Assembly: GCA_964658305.1 (NCBI GenBank)
Contig: OZ210886.1
Span: 62,001 to 126,000 of the forward strand
Direction of reading: 5' to 3'
Source: Leptogorgia sarmentosa
Lineage: Eukaryota
DNA length: 64,000 nt
Both the position numbers and the translations under genes were made by a program. The notes below the pieces were generated by a model. That model saw nothing but the letters and a program-made list of their open reading frames with translations, did not search any database and had not been told where the DNA came from. Shown here piece by piece: positions 42,301 through 53,615 of the stretch (positions within the stretch are counted from its first letter, which is position 1; each line of letters opens with the position of its first letter).

Positions 42301-43835
42301 CATTTTCCATTCCAAGTTTCTTAGGTTCACTACAAACTATAAGAAGAAACACATATCAGCTTTTAAAAACAATGAAGTATGAAGTATTTACGCAAAATAG
42401 ATTACGTAAAAGATTACGTAAAGATGTAGTGACTTTTGCACCAAGCTCGTTGCAGCTCGTTTCACTGGGCTAATGATGTTGATAACTGTGCACAGGATTC
42501 TTTACCCAGGTTTGGGATAATTTGGGCTAGGGGTAATATTCAATAACGACTACTAAAATTTAGCGACTACTAAAACGAGATGAAACGATACAGCGAATAG
42601 TGTTCATCAGTCAGTGAGTATTTTTATTCAAAATCTTTACAGTTGTAATATCTCACATAATAAAATTCCACATCTGAAATAAAAAAGTTGTGAGAAATTA
42701 TTTGAGGATATTGGGTGCAAAAAGGTTTTATTTGGTTTCTGTACAGAATACAGATATATACATAATATTTACTATGAGGTAAATAAATAGGCTTGAACTA
42801 CATGCTAAATCAATGCGTTCATAAAACTACCAGGCTAGAAACGACTGCTACAAGGCGCGAGTCAAAAGCTGGTCAAAATCGTGTATTCTAACACGTCTGG
42901 CCGTAAAAAAATTATGCAAGAATTTGTCACTTGAAGTATTAGCTATCTAATATTCGCCCTTGTCCAGCCCTGGCAAACATCCTCTGCCACGACATGCTAT
43001 TCTAGAAGATACTTGCCTTGATCTTTTTCCGCAATTTGTTCTTTGCATTTTCCATCTTTAAGGTATTTCCACAAGGAATTCATCTCGTAGTTAAATTCGT
43101 CTTTTAGGTCAGTGATTTCATTCTTGACATCAAGCAGAATATCTTTCAACTCTTTAATATCAGATTTCAAACCATATCCCTCTTCGTCGTTAAAAGTTTC
43201 TTTTGTCAAAGAATCATCCGTATCATCAAACGTGAAGCATTTTACACTGAAAAAAAAGTATTAGAGGCTCCTGAAGAGGTAAAAAGGGAACTGGGATTTG
43301 CTTATTTTTGGCTGGGAAATTGGGATTTTATGGACTGCGACCGGAATTCATCAACAAAAAAACAATAGAAAATGGAACTGCAAAAAAACAATAGAAAATG
43401 GGAATGGGATTAAGATTTGAGCAGGACAGCCGCTAGGACGATGGGATTTGTGCTCCCGGACACTGGGATTTTTTGAAATTTCGAAATTTGGGCTGGTAAA
43501 TGGGATTACCCGCAAGTTGCAAACTTCAGACCGTATTTTAAAGTAAGTTGTACAAGTTTTCGGCAGTAAAGTAAATTCACGCCCAAGTTTTCATTTACAA
43601 ATCACCCCAACTTTGGGCTACGAACAGTTGATCTCCATACAATTTGCCGTTTGCGGTTAACCGTATGTCGTAAACGTCAATCTTAAAGTACCTAATGATC
43701 CGGTAGCACTGTCCAAATTTGGACTATGGATTAGGTTTATAATCAAAGTGATTGTTAACGGTGTACATGTACTTACCTTGAATATGAATAGAAAATTGCG
43801 AAGAAAATGATCAATGCAAACCTTGTTGCGTTCAT
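39367..43835 (-). CDS. Type B secreted coiled-coil + 3x discoidin protein, copy B4 (most divergent B copy)
   Basis: Same exon structure; signal peptide MNATRFALIIFFAIFYSYSS; loops EWDPNH / EYNSRH / EWNSNH; shorter intron 2. Confidence 0.88.
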
Positions 43836-44699
43836 CTTGCGTCAAAAGAGAACGTTAAGAACTTTTCCGTCGATTGCAGTGCTTGTCGTTTATATGACAG
43901 TTTCAACGGATGTTCGAAGTCTCGGTCTTCCTGTTTCCTTCAGCTCGAAAAAAAGAAAACACAAGGTCAAAACCATGCATCTGGTCGAAGTGCCAAACTT
44001 AAAAAGACAATGACCATGTCAAATTACCTTTCAAAACTGTCAACACAGAAGTTAAGAGTTTTCGACTTCCTGTTGAGAATATGAATCTTAATTAGCTACG
44101 CCCTTTTTTGTTTTCATTTAAAAATTTGGAAGTATTATAACGTTCTAGCCATAGTTCAATCAAAATCTATTGCAACAAATACTTTCAGCATTTTTTTAGT
44201 TTGTTTTGACCCTGTTTAATTCATTAAATCAGTTATAAAAATGTTGAGCCATAGCTTTCGCAATTTCCTGTTCAGGTTATTTTTGGAAAATTTACAACTA
44301 ATAATATATATAAATGAACCAATTAAATAATTGCAGTAACCACTGAGTATTTTCATGAAATACACAACAACGGTAACTCCGAATAGAGACATGCAGCATT
44401 TTGATTCAACGTTTCAACTTTATTTAGTCATCATGCATCCAACCTTGCATGTCGACATTTCTATGCAGGGAATTGCAGCACTTGGAAAAAATCAACCATG
44501 CATCTTAGGCTGAGCGTTTATCGACTCTACACAAGCGCCCTCAACCCACGATCTTCGAGGTGAAAGGCCTATTCTCAGCTCACCGAGCAACAAATGCCTC
44601 ATGAATGATCAATAATTGATCGATTGATGTCGTGACACATTTCGTTTCATATAATATACCCATAAGATGTATAACCAATGGAATTGTTGTCAGTATTGC

Positions 44700-47600
44700 T
44701 CAAAATCCATAAAATTCAACACGAAGGGAGATGTGTTCATTCCAGGATTTCGGTTCAATCCTTACATATCGCGCATCAATGGGAGGTGAAATAACATTGT
44801 GAACTGCAGAATGCTTATCTCCGTTACCATTGAATACCTAAAATAATTAGGTTAACAGTGGTTTAAAAATACTACAGGGGCTCTAAAAGTCGAGCGAGAA
44901 ATTCCCTTGTACAGAACTGAAAGTAGCTGTAATTAATCTAGGATACTACTTATAATTGTATATAAATTACTTAAATAGTTCATGAATACTGAATGTACCC
45001 ACCTTGGCTTGGCCATCGTGTTTATACAGGAAAAATGTTACCCCATCAATGCTGTAATGCAACGTGTAGGTTTTTACCCACTGTGAACAGCAATCTTCCC
45101 TTCCCTGAGTACTGATACCAACCACAACAGATTGACGTTTGAAATCAACCTTTAACCATTGGTTGAGATCATTTGATTTTGAAGACCAAGCGCTTTTTCT
45201 GCCACTGTGTGCGATAAAAAACAATCTAGCGTTGTTTGGACCTTGGTTGGAATCCCATTCCGATGACGCTGTGATTTGGGAGTTTTCAATTTTACCACTG
45301 CGCATTCCCAAGTCCTTTGTGCCTTCACAATCTTTTAAAGAAAAATATTTTTGTAACAGAATTGAGTGTTAAGTGATAGCTAGAGATAAAGTTCTCAATG
45401 TGATAGTTCTCAATATGTAAAAGCACTTAAAGTGAACATTGAAGCTGGTTTACGCCATTGAAGTTTATATGTAATTTGTAACTACAGCACGAGTCGACAA
45501 CGGAAAAATTTTGGGTTTTTAATATTTTACGAAAACCTGACTTCGCGTTCACTTACTTTCTTCAAAGGTTTCGCAAGAACTTTCGAAATATTTACCCATG
45601 AAAACAGTAACAGGTTATGAAAGGCTTTTCAAATAAGCTAATACTTGATCGACATCCTAGGTTTTGGAGTATTTCGGCATAGGCTTGGAAGTAGCTACGT
45701 ACTGGGCGGTTTGGTAGAATAATATACCCATTTATACTGTAAAATATTGTCATGTGACACCAGAACATCATGCAAACTGGATTAACCATGCAAATTCAAA
45801 AATGACAGAGACCCTCAACTAAACTAAAGCACTCACTGCAGTGCGAGACCCTCGCCTTGTCTCATGCCTTTTTTCAGACAAAAATAAGCGCTGAGTAATT
45901 TGATACTGTAAATGTTGATGCCTGGTAATAAATATAAGACATATAAAAGCTGTGGTTAGGCTACCTTTGTAACATCCGTGGAATTCCACTCTCATAGAAA
46001 TGTGACCATGCCAGGTTTTAGGATGAACTCGGACATATCTGGTAGTAATTGCTGTAGGTAGGCTGTGGTAAACAACTGAATCTGTATCTATATTGCCATC
46101 AATTACCTGTCAAGATGTAAGAATCAAGACCATCGAAATTGATATTAAATATCTTATGTGAGAATCGTTGTTTCCAAGTTGAAATTTATTTTAAATATGT
46201 GAGATGATAAGATTCAACATAATCGTTAATGTTTATAAGAATTAACATCACCATTAAACACGCTTATAATCGACGAATGAACTATTTGATTTACCTTGAG
46301 AATACCATGAGGTTTATAGGCTTGGAATGACAGTCCATCTTGGCTGTAAGACAGCGTGTAACTCTTAACAAGCTGAGTAGTTCCTGCTCTTCCCTGGGTA
46401 CTGATTCCAACTATGGCTGTTGTTCGCTTAAAATCAATCTGTAACCATTGATTGGTGTCATTTGTTTTGGACGACCAAGCTCCTGTTCTACCATTATGTG
46501 GTGTATAAAACAGTCTACTATTGCTTGAGCTGTGGGTTGGACTATATTCACTTGATGCTGAGATTTGTGAGTCACTGATCAGACCATTTTCCATTCCAAG
46601 TTTCTTTGGTTCACTACAAACTATAAGAAGAAACAATTAGCATTTTTCCAAATCACTATCCTTAACTTGATTATCACTCTAATCTTGCTAACCAGTAACC
46701 ATAATGTATCCTACCACTATATAAACTACAATATAATCCTGATAAAAACCCTCACCCTATACGCAATCCAACTACACCTGCATGCTCCAAATTCTATCTA
46801 TCTTATATCTTATTCTATCTATCTATCTTCGACAAATATCTTGCGACACGGTTAAATGGAAAACATGCAATGAGTATATTTTTACCTTGGTCGCAAAATT
46901 GTTGAGTATCCACAGTCTAAAAACATTACAGAGTAACTTTCAGTCTTGGCTTCGAGAGGAGATAAGAAAAGAGGCGTGCATTTGCAGAAAAAGATCCTCC
47001 GAAATATCCCCCCGCTCCCCTCAACCATCTAGAATATTTGGCGGATGCGCCGTGACGAGTCTCAAAGACAGATAATTACCTGCGGGCATTATATTCTTTC
47101 AGTTTTGCTGCCATTTTCTCGTGTGGAGAAACCATTCGGGGAAAACTAATTATGCTGAAAATGTTAGTATTACCTTTAAATTATCCTGCATTAAAAGATA
47201 AAATTTATATCCAACATCTTTGACTAATTCGCCAGTCTCTCCATCGATCAGTTCGATCAGCTCGCAGTTTTCTGCTGAAAAATCTTCTCTGTAGTTTATG
47301 GCATCACAAAGAATGTTGTTTGCGCAAAGGAACAAACAATCCATTAAGGATGTCATCATTGTCGTTTGAAAAATGCCGTTAACGACACGGTGATCTGAAA
47401 ATAGAATTCACGGAAACATTAATTCAATTTTTCAGTGCATGTCTAGTCCTTGTTCTGGTACGAACTTAAACGTTCTTGTTTGACGGTGGTGGGATTTGAA
47501 CCCGTGAATGCCCCGTGATCATTCGTTTGTAAGTGTACGTACAGTAATTCCCTCAAAGGAGGATGAGTGCTGCATGACGAGAGTTTTCGTACATCTACAT

Positions 47601-48877
47601 GTAATTTTTCTATGTATGGTTGATTTCTCTTCACTTCTAACTTCAATTTCTACTTATAAAAATTCTCAAAAAATCATAAATTATGGGCCAGGCAATTGAT
47701 AAAAAGAAAGTTCGATTTGAAAAATATCAAAGTTCAATCTCACTGGTTCAGACCGATCTGAACGGGTTGTTTTATGAAGCTTGAAAAAATCGTTGTCTGC
47801 AGCAAGGGGACAGCATTATCCAGGCAGCCTTCAAGCGCGTTTGCTCTCTCCAAATATACTTATTGAACACGTCGAAAACATGCCAATTAATTGAGGAGAG
47901 CAGACTGAAACAGATATTGGTGAATAATAGTTCCTCACCCCAATAGAATAAATGCAAAGTATGACGGTATATTCGAAAACGATGTCCGGGTGTTGACGTA
48001 TACACTTTGCTTTACTCCAGTCATGAAAAAATTCTTAACGACTGTCAGAGGGGCTCAAGTAGCTAAGAAATGAATTTGCTTATATGAACCTATGGGTGAA
48101 TGAATTATTTATCAGTTTACACGTCAATATATACTTATAGTTCTTTTACTCGCGCGCTAAACTACTGGCAATATTTCTACCTAGAAAAAACGAAAGTGTA
48201 ACAATACTATCATTCTGAAGTCACCATGCAATAGCCAATAGGTAGTGCGAAGTTACAATAATTGTTCTGTATAGGGCTTGACACACATTATACATAAATT
48301 AACGCCCTGGTCATTTCGGCATTTTGCACGAAACTAGCTACATCTATCTGCACAACGGTATATAACAATTTCAATTTTGTGCATGGCGAAGGGCGAACGG
48401 CTAAACATAAACGTACTTTTCATTTTAGCTAATAAAATGAGGGCCGAAAAATTCGTTCCAGTCAGTGGCACTTTAAGAAAAGCGTTAGTCAAATCATCAC
48501 GTAATTGCAATTGTTAATAATAGACAAGGCTGTTTTCCGATGATATTTTTTGGCGTGTTGTATTGTACAAGGGGATTAAAAATCGTGATGAAGTAAAAAA
48601 TGTTTTTTCTTGTGTAATTGTACTAGTCTACATATACAATATATCATATTCTATTGACTAGAAAATATAATCTATAAATTATAATTACAATTTCTATATC
48701 GACCGTTCTACCTTGATGAAATGTAGATTTGAAAAATACTACGCCAGTGTCGAATCTGGTGCTCACATTCGAGGGTGAACCACTCTCTCCTTTGGTCATT
48801 TCATCGCCATATGCTCGATCCAAACTCCTCACAAACAGCAGCCAAAACAACCAGCTTTGTAGCGTGATCACAAACAT
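44700..48877 (-). CDS. Type C secreted protein: signal peptide + PAN/apple-like domain + 2 discoidin domains, copy C1, ~450 aa
   Basis: Exons 48877-48712 (MFVITLQSWLFWLLFVRSLDRAYG..), 47394-47174 (DCLFLCANNILCDAINYREDFSAENCEL, PAN-type Cys spacing), 46916-46886, 46620-46295, 46106-45965, 45331-45003, 44837-44700; 1353 nt, all phases compatible. Confidence 0.85.
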
Positions 48878-49306
48878 GATCGTTCTGTAGTTAGTTCTTC
48901 TACATTGATATATAGGCGTTATTTAATTAAGACAGCAGGTGTATATGTTTGGCTGATATATCTATAAATTAATAACGATCGAGGGCAGTTTTCGAACTCT
49001 CTATCGAACTGTCAGTGGCAAAATGAAGTTAAACTAGTAAGATCACGAAATATCATGGAAACATATGCATGTAGCTACTAAATTTTCACGGCATTTCTAA
49101 TAATTAGGCTGTAAATGTTTTTTTGGAAATAAGTTTTCAATAACGCGAATATGTATATAAGTAATAGTTATATGTTCAAATCAGTCAACAAGAATTCTGC
49201 CTGAAATACAGAACTGTTGCTGATGTGATTAAGATTGGATAATCCAAAAGAATTCAACTTACTTTGTATACAAGAAACCTCAGTTACATTCACTACAATA
49301 TATTTC

Positions 49307-49444
49307 CAATGGCGAAGCCAGCTTGACGATTTGGTCATGTTATGCAAATATTTCTGTGTTCAAAGAAAACAACAAATTTCTAAATCATTATAATCTCAAA
49401 CTTGCATATAGCATGACCGAATCTTCGGACTGGCTTTGCCACAG
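49307..49444. mobile_element. Short hAT-type MITE upstream of C1
   Basis: Imperfect TIRs caatggcgaagccag / ctggctttgccacag; 8-bp TSD tatatttc at 49299-49306 and 49445-49452. Confidence 0.8.
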
Positions 49445-50618
49445 TATATTTCCAAAACTTTACATTTATTATTTACAGCCGATGGGGAAACGTCGCATAT
49501 ATTTTGTGTATTGTACACGAGAAACGTCATATGGAATCCTTCAGGCATTATCTTATTAAATATTGCCGACTTCAAAATTGAAATCTGGTTGTAAAAATTA
49601 AGCGATAACTGATAGTCTATCGACTCTCTCCAATATAAAAATAATATTATATATTATTTGCATCATACATGCGAACAAAAACAGGAATCCACAAACGTGT
49701 GTGTGCAATTTGCTATATCTATTTCGACGATTTGCTATCCCCCACTAACATCTCCCCCCAACGTCCATATGTTTCTCGTGGCCATTGCTACGCAGCTGGT
49801 GTGAGCAGTCTCATGTGGTTACATGAATGTCGAAACATGCGCATGTATATATGCAGATGATTATATTGCGCTCTTTCACTTACATGCAATCCTTTTCAAA
49901 TGTGTTGGGACAGATGCTCCAAATACACATCATTTTCTCAAACGCCAATCCCCCTCGCCCCCTATTCAATGCTAAGTTGTAGTTAGGATTTGATTTTCAC
50001 GTACAATAGTGTATGGATTGGAAAAACAAGATTGAATGGGGGAGGGGATATTATTGTTTGTAATTATTAATAAAATGTCACGATATCCTAAAACCATTTG
50101 TGCCCCAACTACTTTTGAAAATGATTGTAGGTGTTGTTGAGCACTTGAGCACTCTGAGTGGAGAGCTAGTGTCCATTCCCAACACTGCAAAGCTCGTGTA
50201 TACTCGTTAGAGCACTCTGGCCACATGGCCTTCTGCGCATGTGTAAATTGTTCTTTCGAACAATAAAGGTGGATGATATCGGTGGAAATGGTGATGGCGT
50301 CATCTTCGAATTCAAATATAGTGAGGATTGAGGGAGAAGGATTGTTGTAACCATTAGCTGGTTGCCAGGGGCGACATACTTACACCTTTTCAATGGAGGG
50401 AGGTTGGGGGTTATGGGAAAGAATGCTCTGCAGGAATATGGAATAGGAATTGTTGAGTTGAATGAAGAAAATAATTCCATAAATACGCAACTTCTTCTCT
50501 TTTAATATATAAATTTTCATGCAAAATAACTCTTTTATAAATATAAATACAAAATATGGCGAGTCTATACACAAATATTTATGAAATTTGTACAATATAT
50601 AAGGTATAACATTATGAT

Positions 50619-51871
50619 TTACAAATTATTATGATGTGCCACCCATGTTTTACAAATACTATCAAAATTATGGGTGATCCATTGTTCTCGAAGTTTCGAA
50701 TAGCGTTCTCGACACAGAAACAGAGGCTTGCCTCGTCTAAACATAAACATATCAATTTAACAGAGAGTTAGTAGGTTTTGTTCTCACAGATTATCGTCTA
50801 AATGGGAGGGAATCCCGATTCCACATTCTTCCCAAGATCTCGATTCCCAATTTCAGCAATGAATCAGGTAAAATTCTGACCTTAAATCAATATCTTCTTC
50901 GCCAAATTCATCCAGATATACCGAGCCCCAAACACTCGCTTTATCGCCACGTATTACAAATACACTGGACGACATTAAAATTAAGAAAATCGCAGTGCCA
51001 TAACCACATTCCATCGCGTGCTGAAACACAAACACATGTATGCTGATATTTGAAATAAAGTGGGCAACGAATGTTATATATAATTAGACATTAATCAAAT
51101 CCCACCACCACTTTCGCCTGTTCAGGATATTGTCAACAAACTTACCCTTACACATTCACGTGTATTTTGACGTTCACAACATTTGCCTCGTAGACAAAGG
51201 AATGTACCACAAACTAAGCAAAGCGTTGGCTCATCGGGTATCGTATCACAGGTTTCGCACGATTTTTTTCGATACGTTTGAAATAAACTAAAAATACAGG
51301 GTTTAAATAATTAATCTATTGCTAACAAACGAAATTTCTAAAACTATAAGATATTTTGCAAAACTGCTTCTCAGCTGGTAGAACTAGAATGTCTTGTTTA
51401 GCCGCTTCTTTAAAAATTTATTCTTTAATCTGTATTTGAAATATTTTGTCCCGTTTTATCATCGTCTTTTTATAGGATACAGTAGAATGCACGCCATGAA
51501 AACCTATCCATGCAGACCTTGAAAAAAATTACGACCTGTATTTTGCCAAAAAGGTTGGGTGGTTTTTATTTAGATATTGTATTCATTTATCTTGAACATC
51601 AAATTTAGTTAGATGCATATAAAACTGGTGTAACCTTACGAATAATTAGTACAACAATTGTTGTCATTTTAAATGAAAAACTACTTGCCCACAATAACGT
51701 TCAGGTAGTTCCACTAATCTTGGTACCTCCCATTGATCCATTCCTGGGAATAAGTCCTAATTATGTACAAGAGTTAATGAGTTATTATGAGAATGTATTG
51801 AAGGTATTATAAGAACGCATTCATTGATAAGGTCTAACGTCTTTTGGTTCCCTTCAAACATATATGGCGAT
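50619..51871 (-). pseudogene. UBR3: Duplicated last four exons of UBR3
   Basis: Matches 59535-60787; exons at 51756-51689, 51287-51146, 51020-50881, 50736-50619. Confidence 0.88.
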
Positions 51872-52603
51872 TTGAGGTCACTGATTTCATTCTTGACATC
51901 AAGCAGAATATCTTTTAACTCTTTAATATCAGATTTCAAACCATATCCCTCTTCGTCGTTAAAAGTTTCTTTTGTCAAAGAATCATCCGTATCATCAAAC
52001 GTGAAGCATTTTACACTGAAAAAAACGTATTAGAGGGTCGTGAAGAGGTAAAAAGGGACCTGGGATTTTCTTATTTTTGGCTGGGAAATTGGGATTTTAT
52101 GCACTGCGACCGGAATTGCAAAAAAAACAATAGAAAATGGAACTGCAAAAAAACAATAGAAAATGGGAATGGGATTAAGATTTGAGCAGGACAGCCGCTA
52201 GGACGATGGGATTTGTGCTCTTGGACAATGGGATTTTTTGAAATTTCGAAATTTGGGCTGGTAAATGGGATTACCCGCAAGTTGCAAACTTCAGACCGTA
52301 TTTTAAAGTAAGTTGTACAAGTTTTCGGCAGTAAAGTAAATTATTCACGCCCAAGTTTTCATTTACAAATCACCCCAACTTTGGGCTACGAACAGTTGAT
52401 CTCCATACAATTTGCCGTTTGCGGTTAACCGTATGTCGTAAACGTCAATCTTAAAAGTACCTAATGATCCGGTAGCACTGTCCAAATTTGGACTATGGAT
52501 TAGTTTATAATCAAAGTGATTGTTAACGGTGTACATGTACTTACCTTGAATATGAATAGAAAATTGCGAAGAAAATGATCAATGCAAACCTTGTTGCGTT
52601 CAT
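51871..52603 (-). pseudogene. Truncated type B discoidin gene (exon 1 and 5' part of exon 2) fused to a UBR3 intron
   Basis: Exon 1 at 52603-52545; exon 2 runs from 52015 and breaks at ..NEISDLK; the frame reads through to a TAG at 51757. Confidence 0.85.
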
Positions 52604-53615
52604 CTTGCGTCAAAAGAGAACGTTAAGAACTTTTCCGTCGATTGCAGTGCTTGTCCTTTATATGACAGTTTCAACGGAATGAACGGATGTTCGAAGTCTC
52701 GGTCTGTTGCGTCCAAGCACGTTCCTCATGAACGAACATTCAACAGTTGTTCTTTTTGAAGAAAATAATTTCCTTCAGCCCGAAAAAAAGAAGACACAAG
52801 GTCAAAACCATGCATCTGGTCGAAGTGCCAAACTTTTATAACGTATTACCAAGAAATCATTTAGCTTGTAATACAAGCCTTGTATACAATAATTTTTAGC
52901 GAGGTTTGGCCAAATCTTAAAAAGACAAGGACCATGTCAAATTACCTTTCAAAACTGTCAACACAGAAGTTAAGAGTTTTCGACTTCCTGTTGAGAATAT
53001 GAATCTTAATTAGCTACGCCCTTTTTTGTTTTCATTTAAAAATTTGGAAGTATTATAACGTTCTAGCCATAGTTCAATCAAAATCTATTGCAACAAATAC
53101 TTTCAGCATTTTTTTAGTTTGTTTTGACCCTGTCTAATTTATTAAATCAGTTATAAAAATGTTGAGCCATAGCTTTCGCAATTTCCTGTTCAGGTTATTT
53201 TTGGAAAATTTACAACTGATAATATATATAAATGAACCAATTAAATAATTGCAGTAACCACTGAGTATTTTCATGAAATACACAACAACGGTAACTCCGA
53301 ATAGAGACATGCAGCATTTTGATTCAACGTTTCGACTTTATTTAGTCATCATGCATCCAACCTTGTCGACATTTCTATGCAGGGAATTGCAGCACTTGGA
53401 AAAAATCAACCATGCATCTTAGGTTGAGCGTTTATCGACTCTACACAAGCGCCCTCAACCCACGATCTTCGATAGGTGAAAGGCCTATTCTCAGCTCACC
53501 GAGCAACAAATGCCTCATGAATGATCAATAATTGATCGATTGATGTCGTGACACATTTCGTTTCATATAATATACCCATAAGATGTATAACCAATGGAAT
53601 TGTTGTCAGTATTGC

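Larger units (their letters stand above)
14600..44702. repeat. Tandem segmental duplication, four units of about 7.1-7.7 kb (LRRC49 3' fragment + type B discoidin gene + type C 3' flank)
   Basis: Identical junction sequence at 22290, 29922 and 37634 (spacing 7632 and 7712); ORF sets recur at ~7.64-7.70 kb offsets. Confidence 0.95.

Noticed and set aside
47481..47505. tRNA B-box-like motif (GGTTCAAATCC on the minus strand; copy at ~56400)
   Set aside because: No A-box or cloverleaf could be built; at most a SINE or tRNA relic.
49972..50595. ORFs between the type C gene and the UBR3 3' end (copy at 58888-59511)
   Set aside because: No recognisable domain, and the plus-strand exon-like stretch has in-frame stops; a tblastx search would be needed.
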